Notes under the pieces: generated by a model | Seen by the model: the letters and a program-made list of their open reading frames with translations, nothing else | The model's database searches: none | Told to the model about the DNA's origin: nothing | From: Micrococcus luteus NCTC 2665 | GTDB lineage: Bacteria > Actinomycetota > Actinomycetes > Actinomycetales > Micrococcaceae | Reading direction: 5' to 3' | Length of the DNA: 32,000 bases | Assembly: GCF_000023205.1 (NCBI RefSeq) | Contig: NC_012803.1 | Location: 1,680,001 to 1,712,000 of the forward strand | Made by a program: the position numbers and the translations under genes | In this document: positions 8,168 through 17,484 of the stretch, in pieces | Layout: each line of letters starts with the position of its first letter | Numbering within the stretch: position 1 is the stretch's first letter

Positions 8168-9040
8168 TCAGCCGCGGGGGCGCGGCACGGCGTCCGCGAT
8201 GCGTTCGAGGCCTCGCTCCAGGCGCTCCTCGACGGCGTCCCCGCCGCCCAGCTCGAGCACCCGTGCCCGCTCGGAGACCAGCAGGTGGGTGAGGACCGCG
8301 TCGGCACGCTCGTCCGGCAGGCTGGCCTCCACGCGGTAGGCGGCCTGCGGCGTGGTCAGCTCGGCCGTCCAGCCGTCCTGCCCCCCCGCCGGGACGATCC
8401 GGTAGACGCCGCCGCCGGCCAGCCGACGCTCCTGCGCCCCCGTGCTCAGGGGCGCGGTCGAGGCACAGCCCCCCGGGGCGGCTCCCACGATCCGGGGTCG
8501 GCACTCGCGGACGGTCACGGTCGGCTCGTCCCGGCCCCAGCCGACGACGACCTCCACGTCCTCGGCCGTCTGGGCGGTGTCCACGGTGAGCGGCTCCAGG
8601 CCGGCCCCCACGAGGGAGGGCACCGTCCAGCCCTGACCCCGCAGCTCCGCGACGGTGCCGCGCCGGTCCGTCGACGCGGTCCCGGCGGCCGGCAGGGCGA
8701 CGGTGTCCGTCGGGGTCGGGGCCGTGCGCACGGCCGTGGTGCGGGGCGCGCCGGCCACCCAGACCGCGGTGAACAGCCCGCCGAGCAGGACGACGAAGGT
8801 GAGCAGCCCCACCACGAGGCGGCCGGAGACGCCGCGGGCGCGCAGCACCGGGGCGACGACGGCGCCGACCGGACGCTGGTGCACCGTGCGGGCGGCGTCG
8901 AGCACGCGGGCCCGGGCCTGGACGGTGGCGCGGCACTCGGGGCAGCGGTCCAGGTGGCGGGCGATGCGCTCCCGGGACGCGGCGGGGAGGGCGCCCTCGA
9001 GGTAGGCGTCCATGTGGCGCTGGGTGTGTCGACGTCCCAT
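8168..9040 (-). CDS. Membrane-anchored zinc-binding (ZAS, zf-HC2) anti-sigma factor
   Basis: H-x3-C-x2-C motif in ARHLDRCPEC near the N-terminus. A single TM (LVVGLLTFVVLLGGLFTAVWVAG) is followed by a ~190-aa extracytoplasmic domain. A strong SD (GAGGAGG) lies 7-8 nt before ATG 9040. Confidence 0.8.
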   Translation of the reverse strand: MGRRHTQRHMDAYLEGALPAASRERIARHLDRCPECRATVQARARVLDAARTVHQRPVGAVVAPVLRARGVSGRLVVGLLTFVVLLGGLFTAVWVAGAPRTTAVRTAPTPTDTVALPAAGTASTDRRGTVAELRGQGWTVPSLVGAGLEPLTVDTAQTAEDVEVVVGWGRDEPTVTVRECRPRIVGAAPGGCASTAPLSTGAQERRLAGGGVYRIVPAGGQDGWTAELTTPQAAYRVEASLPDERADAVLTHLLVSERARVLELGGGDAVEERLERGLERIADAVPRPRG

Positions 9041-9236
9041 GCGGCCACCTCCTCGGTCCTCGCGTCCTCGGCCCGGCGAACGGCCTCCCGCACGGCGGGA
9101 GCCGGTTCGTGCCGTGTCCCATCATCGGCCCGCCTCCTGGGAGAACACTGGGTCGCGGCCGCGTGCCGGCCCGTACACTGGCCCGCGTCGCCCGTGCCGC
9201 GGGCGAGGTCCCGCCGTCGTCGTCCCGGAGTCAGCC

Positions 9237-9887
9237 ATGAGCGCCCTGCAGCCCCAGCCCACCGACAAGCACGCGTCCTGGGCCTGGTCGGAGAGCCGGG
9301 CCACCGAGGACGACGTCGTCCTGCGCGCCCGCGAGCGCGCCGCCGAGCTGGACGTGCCGCCGGTGAGCGAGGGGACGGCGGCCCTGTTGACGGTGCTGGC
9401 GGCCACGCGTGCCCCCACGGCGGTCGTGGAGGTGGGCACGGGCGCCGGCGTCTCGGGCCTCGCCCTGATGCGCGGTCTGCCCGAGCGCACGGTCCTCACC
9501 ACCGTCGACCCGGACGCGGAGGCCCAGCGTGCGGCCCGCGAGGCGTTCTCGGAGGCCCGCCTGCCCACGAGCCGCACCCGCATGATCACGGGACGCTCCC
9601 GGCTCGTCCTGCCCCGGCTCACGAGCGGCGCCTACGAGATGGTCCTGGTGGACGGGGACCCGGCCGCGCGTCAGTTCGACGTCGAGCAGGCCGCGCGCAT
9701 GCTCGCCCCCGGCGGCGTGCTCGTCGTGGTGGACGCCCTCGACGGGGACCGCGTTCCCCGGCCCGCCGTGCGCGACGAGTCCACCGTGTCCGCCCGGGCG
9801 GTGGACCGCCTCATCCGGGAGGACGAGCACTGGCTGTCCGCCGTCGTCCCCTCCGGCACGGGCGTGCTGATCGCGGTGCGCCGCTGA
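9237..9887 (+). CDS. Class I SAM-dependent O-methyltransferase (caffeoyl-CoA OMT-like)
   Basis: ATG 9237 is preceded by GGAG. SAM motif I VVEVGTGAGVSGLALM; LVDGDP and LLAPGGVLVVVDAL motifs are present. This is the usual neighbour of the sigE locus in actinobacteria. Confidence 0.8.
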   Translation: MSALQPQPTDKHASWAWSESRATEDDVVLRARERAAELDVPPVSEGTAALLTVLAATRAPTAVVEVGTGAGVSGLALMRGLPERTVLTTVDPDAEAQRAAREAFSEARLPTSRTRMITGRSRLVLPRLTSGAYEMVLVDGDPAARQFDVEQAARMLAPGGVLVVVDALDGDRVPRPAVRDESTVSARAVDRLIREDEHWLSAVVPSGTGVLIAVRR

Positions 9888-9904
9888 TCCGCGGCGTCGC
9901 CGGG

Positions 9905-9951
9905 GACGCGGACGCCCCGCGCACCGTGACGGTGCGCGGGGCGTCCGCGTC
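9905..9951. terminator. Perfect 22-bp stem / 3-nt loop hairpin, a likely bidirectional terminator between the convergent O-methyltransferase and DUF3117 genes
   Basis: gacgcggacgccccgcgcaccg (9905-9926), tga loop, cggtgcgcggggcgtccgcgtc (9930-9951). The arms are exact reverse complements. Confidence 0.7.
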
Positions 9952-9965
9952 GAAGGGGTCCGGGC

Positions 9966-10136
9966 TCAGGCCTGGATGACGCCCTCGAGGCACTCCTTGA
10001 GCTCGCGGGCCTCGTCCGCGTTGATCTCCAGCACGAGACGGCCGCCGCCGTCGATCGGCACGCGCATGATCAGGCTGCGCCCCTCCTTGGTCACTTCCAT
10101 GGGACCGTCCCCGGTGCGGGGCTTCATGGCGGCCAT
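9966..10136 (-). CDS. DUF3117 family small protein
   Basis: From ATG 10136: MAAMKPRTGDGPMEVTKEGRSLIMRVPIDGGGRLVLEINADEARELKECLEGVIQA, the conserved actinobacterial ~56-aa DUF3117 sequence. The SD-like AAGGGAAG lies upstream. Confidence 0.85.
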   Translation of the reverse strand: MAAMKPRTGDGPMEVTKEGRSLIMRVPIDGGGRLVLEINADEARELKECLEGVIQA

Positions 10137-10255
10137 TGCGACTTCCCTTCTGGATGATGTTCCCGTCACGGCGTCCGGCGACCGCGGGAGCGGGCACTGT
10201 CCGGACGCCTCCGGCGCCCCCGCACGCGAGCGTGCGCGAGGCCGGTCACATCACT

Positions 10256-10285
10256 ATTATCGCGGATTCCGCGTGCTCGCGCCAA
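10256..10285 (-). promoter_or_regulatory. Candidate SigA-type promoter TTGGCG-N18-GATAAT for the DUF3117 gene
   Basis: The minus strand reads TTGGCG (10285-10280), an 18-nt spacer, then GATAAT (10261-10256). It lies in the only AT-rich patch of the 180-bp intergenic region and implies a ~110-nt 5' UTR. Confidence 0.4.
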
Positions 10286-10316
10286 ACGATGGCCCGCACC
10301 GAGCCCGGCCCGCGAC

Positions 10317-10661
10317 TCAGGCACGCCCCGCCGGATCGCTCCGGGACGGGTCGGCGGCCTCGAGCTCGGCCACCCGGGCCCGCAGGGCGGTCACCTCGTC
10401 CTCGCACTGCGCCAGGGCGTCCCGCAGCCGCAGCAGGACGGCGTCCACCTGGTCCCGCTGGTAGCCGGGCACCGCGACGGCCAACCGCAGCAGGTCGACA
10501 TCCGCCGCGCGCGGCCGCTCCGGCAGCAGCACGGGGTGCCCCGGCGTCCGCCCGGCCGGGTCGTCGGCCCGGAGCGTGAGCCGGCCCGCGAGGGCGGCGG
10601 CCAGGGCCGCCAGCACGACGACGAGCACGGCCACCAGGACGATCCACTGCGGCCCGCTCAC
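10317..10661 (-). CDS. DivIVA-domain protein with N-terminal TM anchor
   Basis: The start is taken at GTG 10661, which forms a GTGA overlap with the LOG gene stop. TM is WIVLVAVLVVVLAALAAALAG. The DivIVA N-domain signature is LRLAVAVPGYQRDQVDAVLLRL, followed by a coiled coil (VTALRARVAELE). Confidence 0.7.
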   Translation of the reverse strand: MSGPQWIVLVAVLVVVLAALAAALAGRLTLRADDPAGRTPGHPVLLPERPRAADVDLLRLAVAVPGYQRDQVDAVLLRLRDALAQCEDEVTALRARVAELEAADPSRSDPAGRA

Positions 10662-11461
10662 GCGTCGGCCCTCCCCGCCGAGCGGAGCACGCACGCGACG
10701 GCCTCCTCGGCCGTGTCCACGAGGTGGAACAGGTCCGGGTCCTCGGGCGAGATCATGCCGCGCTCCACGAGCGTGCCGCGGATCCAGTCCACAAGCGGGC
10801 TCCAGAAGCCGCGGTCCACGAGGACCACGGGAAAGCGGGTGACGGTGCCGGTCTGCACGAGGGTGAGGGCCTCGAAGAGCTCGTCCAGGGTGCCGAGGCC
10901 GCCGGGCAGCACGATGAACCCCTGCGCGTACTTGAGGAACATGACCTTGCGGACGAAGAAGTAGCGGAAGTCCACGCCCACGTGCACCCAGGGGTTCAGG
11001 CCGGTCTCGAACGGCAGATCGATGCCCAGGCCCACGGACTCTCCACCGGCCTCGTGGGCACCCCGGTTGGCGGCCGCCATGGTGCCGGGCCCTCCGCCGG
11101 TGATGACCGTGTACCCGGCCTGGGCCAAGCGGCTCCCGACCTCGTGGGCCAGGGCGTACTCGGCGCTGCCCTCGGGCGTGCGCGCCGAGCCGAACACGGA
11201 GACCGCGGGACCCAGCCCCGCGAGGGTGCCGAAGCCCTCGACGAACTCCGCCTGGATGCGCAGGACACGCCAGGCCTCGGACGTCGTCGAGGTGACGTCG
11301 GCGGCGGGGCGTGCGGCGTCGCCGGGCCGCCGGCCGTCGAGGAGGAGCTGGTCGAACGTGGGGGTGTGCGCCGCCTCCCCGCGCAGGACCTGCCCGCCGC
11401 GGCGGACGCGCTGGGGCGCGGCGGCGACGTCGTCGCCCGAGGGGTGCTCATGTGGGGCCAT
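10658..11461 (-). CDS. LOG family protein (TIGR00730 Rossmann fold; nucleotide 5'-monophosphate nucleosidase / 'lysine decarboxylase-like')
   Basis: Motifs VITGGGPGTMAAANRGA and VLPGGLGTLDELFEALTLVQTG (PGGxGTxxE) are present. Confidence 0.9.
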   Translation of the reverse strand: MAPHEHPSGDDVAAAPQRVRRGGQVLRGEAAHTPTFDQLLLDGRRPGDAARPAADVTSTTSEAWRVLRIQAEFVEGFGTLAGLGPAVSVFGSARTPEGSAEYALAHEVGSRLAQAGYTVITGGGPGTMAAANRGAHEAGGESVGLGIDLPFETGLNPWVHVGVDFRYFFVRKVMFLKYAQGFIVLPGGLGTLDELFEALTLVQTGTVTRFPVVLVDRGFWSPLVDWIRGTLVERGMISPEDPDLFHLVDTAEEAVACVLRSAGRADA

Positions 11462-11467
11462 GGCGTC

Positions 11468-11473
11468 AGCCTA
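11468..11473 (-). promoter_or_regulatory. Predicted -10 box TAGGCT, 6 nt upstream of the LOG ATG (leaderless)
   Basis: The minus strand reads TAGGCT-gacgcc-ATG. No SD is present. Confidence 0.45.
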
Positions 11474-11535
11474 ACGAGCCGGCGGGCCGCCAGGGCCGGC
11501 GTCGCACGGCGCACCCCGCCGGGTGTGGCGTGCGC

Positions 11536-11541
11536 TATATT
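11536..11541 (+). promoter_or_regulatory. Predicted -10 box TATATT, 8 nt upstream of the gluA ATG (leaderless or near-leaderless)
   Basis: gcgcTATATTccattggcATG. There is no SD between the box and the start. Confidence 0.45.
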
Positions 11542-11549
11542 CCATTGGC

Positions 11550-12374
<825 letters not shown>

Positions 12375-12421
12375 CCCCGTCCCCCGTCGCACCCCACCGC
12401 ACCGAACCAGAGGAGAGCACC

Positions 12422-13315
12422 ATGCTCCGCACGAAGCTCCTGACCCTGTCCGCCGTCACCGCCGCGGCCGCCCTGTCCCTCACCGCCTGCGCCCCCTCCT
12501 CGTCGCAGGGCGGCGGTGGCGACGCCGCCGGCTCGTCCTCGGCCGGCGAGTCGACGTCGTCCGGCTCCGGCGAGAGCCTGCGCATCGGCATCAAGTTCGA
12601 CCAGCCGGGCCTGGGCTACCGCGAGGGCTCGGCCCAGCCCACCGGCTTCGACACGGACGTGGCCCGCTACGTGGCGGACAAGCTCGGCGTGGCCGAGCAG
12701 GACATCGAGTGGGTCCAGACCCCGTCCGCGAACCGGGAGAACGCCCTGGAGAACGGCGAGGTCGACATGATCTTCGCGACGTACTCCATCACGGACGCCC
12801 GCAAGGAGCGCGTCGACTTCGCGGGCCCATACTTCGTGGCCGGCCAGGACCTGCTGGTCCGCGCGGACGACACCGCGATCACCGGCCCCGAGTCCCTCGA
12901 CGGGAAGAACCTCTGCTCCGTCACGGGCTCCACCTCGGCTCAGAAGATCAAGGACCAGTTCGCCTCCGGCGTGAACCTGGTGGAGCAGGGCGGCTACGCC
13001 GAATGCGTGACCTACCTCGAGTCCGGCCAGGTGGACGCCGTGACCACGGACGACATCATCCTCGCGGGCTTGGCCGCCGCCGATGCCAACAAGGGCAAGT
13101 TCAAGGTCGTCGGCAGCACCTTCACCACGGAACGCTACGGCGTCGGCCTGCCGAAGGACTCGGAGCACTGCGAGGACATCAACGAGGCCATCAAGGAGAT
13201 GAAGGACTCCGGCGAGTGGAAGAAGGCCCTCGAGTCCAACACCGAGGGCACGGGCTACACCTACGACGAGACGCTGAACTCCGGCGAGGACGCCGAGTTC
13301 GAGCCCTGCGCCTGA
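12422..13315 (+). CDS. gluB: Glutamate/polar amino acid ABC transporter substrate-binding lipoprotein
   Basis: Signal peptide plus lipobox LSLTAC, a Gly/Ser-rich linker, then the SBP family 3 body (GIKFDQPGLGY...FATYSITDARKERVDFAGPYF). SD GAGGAGAG lies upstream. Confidence 0.9.
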   Translation: MLRTKLLTLSAVTAAAALSLTACAPSSSQGGGGDAAGSSSAGESTSSGSGESLRIGIKFDQPGLGYREGSAQPTGFDTDVARYVADKLGVAEQDIEWVQTPSANRENALENGEVDMIFATYSITDARKERVDFAGPYFVAGQDLLVRADDTAITGPESLDGKNLCSVTGSTSAQKIKDQFASGVNLVEQGGYAECVTYLESGQVDAVTTDDIILAGLAAADANKGKFKVVGSTFTTERYGVGLPKDSEHCEDINEAIKEMKDSGEWKKALESNTEGTGYTYDETLNSGEDAEFEPCA

Positions 13316-13329
13316 CGGCCTCCTGCGCC

Positions 13330-13374
13330 GGGTCGGCCGAGGACGTGACCTGAACCGTCACCCTCGGCCCGCCC
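13330..13374 (+). terminator. Intercistronic stem-loop directly after gluB (attenuator / mRNA-stabilising hairpin)
   Basis: ggg..ggccgagg..gtgac / gtcac cctcggcc..ccc: 8 bp plus 5 bp plus 3 bp of pairing, with a 2-nt bulge and one 2x2 internal loop, around a 7-nt loop. Confidence 0.45.
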
Positions 13375-13420
13375 GGCGGCTCCCCTGCCCGTCAGCCCCG
13401 TCCCGACCCTCGGAGAAGTC

Positions 13421-14101
13421 ATGGAATCGATCTCCTCGCTCCTCGCGGACTACGGCGCGGACATCCCGCTCGCGTTCTGGACGAACATCAGGCTCGCGTT
13501 CCTCGCGACCCTCGGCTCGTTCGTCCTCGGCGTGGTGCTCGCCCTGTTCCGCATCTCGCCCGTCCCCTCGCTGCGCGCCCTCGGCACCGGCTACGTCAAC
13601 GTGGTCCGCAACACCCCGCTCACGATCATCATGCTGCTCGGCGTGCTCGCCGTCTGGGGGCAGCTGAAGATCAGCTTCTCGGCCGACTTCACGCTGAACT
13701 TCTTCATCTACGCCGTGATCGCGCTCTCGCTCTACCACGCGGCGTTCATGTGCGAGGCGATCCGCTCCGGCGTCAACACCGTCCCGCTCGGGCAGGCCGA
13801 GGCCGCCCGCTCCATCGGCCTGGGCTTCCTGCCCGCGGCCCGCCACGTGATCCTGCCCCAGGCGCTGCGCGGGGCCATCACCCCGTTGGGCAACACCGTG
13901 ATCGCCCTGACCAAGAACACCACCGTCGCCGCCGCGGCGTCGGTGGCGGAGGCCTCGGGCCTGATGAAGCGCATGATCGAGTTCAGCCCGGACGTGATGG
14001 TGGCGATCTTCCTGACCTTCGCGATCGGCTTCTGCCTGATCGTCATCCCCATCGGCCTGCTGACCACGTGGGCCTCCGAGAAATGGGCGGTGGCCCGATG
14101 A
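13421..14101 (+). CDS. gluC: Amino acid ABC transporter permease (His/Glu/Gln/Arg/opine family)
   Basis: Multi-TM protein with the EAA-type loop GQAEAARSIGLGFLPAARHVILPQAL. SD GGAGAAG lies before the ATG. Confidence 0.9.
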   Translation: MESISSLLADYGADIPLAFWTNIRLAFLATLGSFVLGVVLALFRISPVPSLRALGTGYVNVVRNTPLTIIMLLGVLAVWGQLKISFSADFTLNFFIYAVIALSLYHAAFMCEAIRSGVNTVPLGQAEAARSIGLGFLPAARHVILPQALRGAITPLGNTVIALTKNTTVAAAASVAEASGLMKRMIEFSPDVMVAIFLTFAIGFCLIVIPIGLLTTWASEKWAVAR

Positions 14102-14985
14102 GCGCCCAGGCCTCCGTCCTCTTCGACGCCCCGGGTCCCCTCGCCCGCCGGCGCATCCTCCTCGCCAACCTCGTCACCCTCGCCGCGGTGCTGGCCGTGG
14201 CGGTGCTCGTCCTGATCCAGATGAATGCCACCGGCCAGCTCTCCGGCCGCCGCTGGCTGGCCGCCGTCGACGGCGACGCGTGGCGGAACTACTACCTGCC
14301 GGGCCTGCAGTTCACCCTGCAGTCCGCGGGCATCGCCGTGGTCTCCTCCGTGGTGTTCGGCCTGGTGTTCGGCTTCCTGCGGCTCGCCCCGGTCGGCCCG
14401 GTGCGCTGGCTGGCCGCCGTCGTCGTCGAGTTCTTCCGGGCCGTGCCGGTGCTCGTGATGATGGTGTTCTTCTACCAGCTGTTCGCACAGGTCGCGCGCT
14501 CCGGAGCGATCCAGCCCCAGGACGGCCCGTACTACGCGGTGATCGCGGCGCTGACCCTGTACAACGGGTCTGTGATCGCGGAGCTGGTGCGCTCCGGGGT
14601 GCGCTCGCTGCCGCGCGGCCAGCGCGAGGCGGCCGCGGCGGTGGGCATGACGAGCACCCAGTCCCTGCGGCTCGTGGAGGTGCCTCAGGCCCTTATCGCC
14701 ATGCTGCCGTCGCTGCTGAGCCAGTTCGTGGTGATCCTCAAGGACTCGGCGCTGGGCTACCTCATCGGCTTCTTCGAACTCCTGCATTACGCCCGCCAGC
14801 TCGGCTCCGGCAACGGCAACATCCTGCAGTCCCTCGTGGTGGCCGCGATGATCTTCATCGTGATCAACTTCCTCCTCACCTGGGCGGCCACCCGGCTCTC
14901 GCGGCGGCTGTCGTCGCGGACGGCCGGCGACGCCAGCGCCCCCACGACCCCGCGCGTCGGGGCGCCCACGGACACGGCGGGCTGA
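14098..14985 (+). CDS. gluD: Amino acid ABC transporter permease (second subunit)
   Basis: ATG 14098 overlaps the gluC stop (ATGA). EAA-type loop GQREAAAAVGMTSTQSLRLVEVPQAL. The upstream part of the long ORF starting at 13750 is an out-of-frame shadow of gluC. Confidence 0.9.
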   Translation: MSAQASVLFDAPGPLARRRILLANLVTLAAVLAVAVLVLIQMNATGQLSGRRWLAAVDGDAWRNYYLPGLQFTLQSAGIAVVSSVVFGLVFGFLRLAPVGPVRWLAAVVVEFFRAVPVLVMMVFFYQLFAQVARSGAIQPQDGPYYAVIAALTLYNGSVIAELVRSGVRSLPRGQREAAAAVGMTSTQSLRLVEVPQALIAMLPSLLSQFVVILKDSALGYLIGFFELLHYARQLGSGNGNILQSLVVAAMIFIVINFLLTWAATRLSRRLSSRTAGDASAPTTPRVGAPTDTAG

Positions 14986-15045
14986 CCCGGCGGCGCCGCG
15001 GCGGGCCCGCGGGTCGGGCGGCTGGCACCGGCCGACGTCGTCGGG

Positions 15046-16182
15046 TCACCCGGCCAGCCAGGCCGCGAGCGCCGCGAGGCACGCGTGGACCGCCTCGCGG
15101 GGCACGTGCTCGTCGTCCGTGTGGGCCAGGAGGGCGTCGCCGGGGCCGAAGTTGACCGCGGGCACGCCCAGCTGGGAGAACCGGGCCACGTCCGTCCACC
15201 CGTACTTGGGCTGGGGCTCTCCCCCGACGGCGGCGACGAACGCGGCGGCGGCCGGCCGGTCCAGACCGGGGCGGGCGGCGGGCGAGGCGTCGTCGATCCG
15301 CACCTGGGCGTCCCAGTCCACGCCGGCCCCCTCCAGCACCGTGCGGACGTGCGCGTGGGCCTGCTCGAGGGTCTTGTCCGGCGCGAACCGGTAGTTCAGG
15401 TCCACGGACGCCTCGTCCGGGATGACGTTGCCCGCGACGCCGCCGGCCACGCGGATCGCGTGCAGCCCCTCGCGGTACTCCAGGCCCTCCACCGTGACCG
15501 TGGCCGGCTCGTACGCCGCCAGGGCGGTGAGCACGGGGGCCAGCTTGTGGATCGCGTTGTCGCCGCGCCACGCACGGCCCGAGTGCGCCGCGACACCGGG
15601 GAAGGTGACGCGGTACCGGCACGTGCCGTTGCAGCCGCCCTCCACGACGCCGTCGGTCGGCTCGAGCAGCACCGCGAAGTCGCCCTCCAGCAGCTCGGGG
15701 GCCTGGCGGGCCACGCGGGCGAGGCCCGACAGGTCCGAGGCGACCTCCTCGTGGTCGTAGAACACCCACGTGACGTCGTGCACGGGCGTGGGGCCGTCCG
15801 CGCGGCCGAAGCGACCGGCCAGGGCCAGCTGCACGGCGACGCCGGACTTCATGTCCACGGCCCCGCGGCCATACAGCACGTCCCCGTCCCACGCCGAGGG
15901 CACGGTCCCGCGCGAGCCCGACACGGTGGGCAGGGGCACCGTGTCCAGGTGCCCGGCCAGGATCACGCGGGTCGGCCGCCCCAGAGCGGTGCGGGCGACG
16001 ACGGCGTCCCCGAACCGCCGCACCTCGAGGCCGCCGAGGGCGCGCAGGGCCTGCTCGACGGCGTCGGCCAGCGGCCCTTCCTCCCCCGAGACGGAGCGCA
16101 CGTCCAGCAGGGTGGCGGTGAGCGCCGCGACGTCGAGGTCCGGATCGGCGAGGTCGGGCAGGGGCACGGGGGTGGGACTCAT
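15046..16182 (-). CDS. dapE: Succinyl-diaminopimelate desuccinylase (M20 peptidase)
   Basis: M20 motifs [20 protein letters not shown] and FYDHEEV. It sits in the typical divergent arrangement with dapD. Confidence 0.9.
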   Translation of the reverse strand: MSPTPVPLPDLADPDLDVAALTATLLDVRSVSGEEGPLADAVEQALRALGGLEVRRFGDAVVARTALGRPTRVILAGHLDTVPLPTVSGSRGTVPSAWDGDVLYGRGAVDMKSGVAVQLALAGRFGRADGPTPVHDVTWVFYDHEEVASDLSGLARVARQAPELLEGDFAVLLEPTDGVVEGGCNGTCRYRVTFPGVAAHSGRAWRGDNAIHKLAPVLTALAAYEPATVTVEGLEYREGLHAIRVAGGVAGNVIPDEASVDLNYRFAPDKTLEQAHAHVRTVLEGAGVDWDAQVRIDDASPAARPGLDRPAAAAFVAAVGGEPQPKYGWTDVARFSQLGVPAVNFGPGDALLAHTDDEHVPREAVHACLAALAAWLAG

Positions 16183-16188
16183 GTGTCC

Positions 16189-16194
16189 AGTCTA
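16189..16194 (-). promoter_or_regulatory. Predicted -10 box TAGACT, 6 nt upstream of the dapE ATG (leaderless)
   Basis: The minus strand reads TAGACT-ggacac-ATG. Confidence 0.45.
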
Positions 16195-16238
16195 CGGACG
16201 GGCCTCTCGCCGCCCTGCAGCGTGCCCCGGCCGCTCAG

Positions 16239-16244
16239 TAGGCT
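16239..16244 (+). promoter_or_regulatory. Predicted -10 box TAGGCT, 7 nt upstream of the dapD ATG (leaderless)
   Basis: cagTAGGCTgaggcgcATG. It sits back-to-back with the dapE box inside a 69-bp intergenic region. Confidence 0.45.
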
Positions 16245-16251
16245 GAGGCGC

Positions 16252-17217
16252 ATGACCCAGACCGCCGCACAGCAGCCCTCCCCCCGTCTCGTCTCCGGCC
16301 ACGGCCTGGCCACCACGGCCGCCGACGGCGCCGTCCTGGACGTGTGGTTCCCCGCGCCCGTGGCCGGTCCGCTCTCCGCTGCGGACGCCTCGCTGCGCGA
16401 CACCCTGCGCGCCCTCGCCGCGGACGACGCGGACCGCGGGACCACGCAGGCCGTCGTCGAGCTGGAGGTCGACCTGGACGCCGCCCCGGCCTCCACTGCG
16501 GACGCGTGGCTGCGCCTGCACGCCCTCTCGCACCGCCTGGCGCGGCCGAACGAGCTCAACCTCGACGGCGTCTTCGGGCTGCTCACCAACGTGGTGTGGA
16601 CGAACCACGGACCCTGCGCGGTCGCCGACTTCGAGCTGACGCGGGCGAGGCTGCGTGCCCGCGGCGCCGTGCAGGTGTACGGCGTGGACAAGTTCCCGCG
16701 CATGACGGACTACGTCGTGCCCTCCGGGGTGCGCATCGGCGACGCGGACCGGGTGCGCCTGGGCGCCCACCTGGCCGAGGGGACGACCGTGATGCACGAG
16801 GGCTTCGTGAACTTCAACGCGGGCACCCTGGGGAACTCGATGGTGGAGGGCCGGATCTCGGCCGGCGTCGTGGTGGGCGACGGGTCCGACGTCGGAGGCG
16901 GCGCGTCCATCATGGGCACGCTCTCCGGCGGAGGCACCCAGCGGATCGTGGTCGGCGAGCACGTGCTGCTCGGCGCGAACTCCGGCGTGGGCATCTCCGT
17001 CGGCGACGACTGCGTGGTCGAGGCCGGTCTGTACGTCACCGCGGGCACGCGCGTGAGCGTGCTGCAGGACGGCGAGGCGGCGCACACCGTGAAGGCCGTG
17101 GACCTCTCCGGCGTGCCGAACCTGCTGTTCCGCCGCAACTCCACCACGGGCGGGGTCGAGGCCCTCCCCCGCGCCGGCCGGACCGTCGAACTGAACGCGG
17201 CACTGCACGCGAACTGA
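16252..17217 (+). CDS. dapD: 2,3,4,5-tetrahydropyridine-2,6-dicarboxylate N-succinyltransferase
   Basis: The 321-aa product starts at ATG 16252. Left-handed beta-helix hexapeptide repeats are present ([70 protein letters not shown]). The first part of ORF 15085..17217 is antisense shadow of dapE. Confidence 0.9.
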   Translation: MTQTAAQQPSPRLVSGHGLATTAADGAVLDVWFPAPVAGPLSAADASLRDTLRALAADDADRGTTQAVVELEVDLDAAPASTADAWLRLHALSHRLARPNELNLDGVFGLLTNVVWTNHGPCAVADFELTRARLRARGAVQVYGVDKFPRMTDYVVPSGVRIGDADRVRLGAHLAEGTTVMHEGFVNFNAGTLGNSMVEGRISAGVVVGDGSDVGGGASIMGTLSGGGTQRIVVGEHVLLGANSGVGISVGDDCVVEAGLYVTAGTRVSVLQDGEAAHTVKAVDLSGVPNLLFRRNSTTGGVEALPRAGRTVELNAALHAN

Positions 17218-17238
17218 CCCGGCGCACCCGGCTGCCAG

Positions 17239-17276
17239 CCCGCGGCCCGCGGCCCGCGGCCCTCCCCGCTCCCCGC
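17239..17276. repeat. Short tandem heptamers: (CCCGCGG)x3 +CCC, then (TCCCCGC)x2
   Basis: Read directly: cccgcgg cccgcgg cccgcgg ccc tccccgc tccccgc. This gives three consecutive CCGCGG palindromes between the dapD stop and palindromic element copy A. Confidence 0.8.
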
Positions 17277-17280
17277 CGCG

Positions 17281-17335
17281 TTGGGGGGGCGATTTCCGGT
17301 GGTATCCCGCCGGGATAACGCCGACTATCGCCCCC
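17281..17335. repeat. Palindromic element, copy A (decayed hairpin)
   Basis: Arms are 17285-17309 and 17311-17335. They give 20 Watson-Crick pairs plus 1 G-U out of 25, with a 3-nt internal loop. The left arm GGGGGCGATTTCCGGTGGTATCCCG is 22/25 identical to the copy B left arm. Confidence 0.8.
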
Positions 17336-17484
17336 GGAACTCCACGGCGGGCCGGGGGCGGGGCGACGACGACGGCACACGGCGGTCGCCGTCGGCTCCT
17401 GCACAGCAGCGCCCGCCCCGCGCGTCGTCCCCGTGCCGCGGCCAGTGCGCCCCAGGCGCGTCGCCGGCGTCGTCCGATGGGTGC

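Noticed and set aside
9143-9181. Direct repeat GAACACTGG / GTACACTGG spaced 30 bp apart around a GCGGCCGC palindrome, in the anti-sigma/methyltransferase divergent region. It could be an operator or an ECF-type promoter (GAAC...CGT).
   Set aside because: Only 7-8 nt are identical, and such a repeat is expected about once by chance in a region this size. The GAAC-to-CGT spacing (25 nt) is too long for an ECF promoter. TACACT (9174-9179) could simply be the methyltransferase -10 box.
9041-9236. Search for a degraded sigE remnant upstream of the anti-sigma gene.
   Set aside because: No frame on the minus strand gives anything resembling sigma region 2 or region 4 motifs. The gap is too short for more than ~65 codons.
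14984-15015. GC-rich inverted repeats (gacccg...cgggtc, and the GCGGGCCCGC palindrome) between convergent gluD and dapE, considered as a terminator.
   Set aside because: Only a 6-bp outer stem pairs, with a poorly paired interior. This is not convincingly better than the background self-complementarity of GC-rich DNA.
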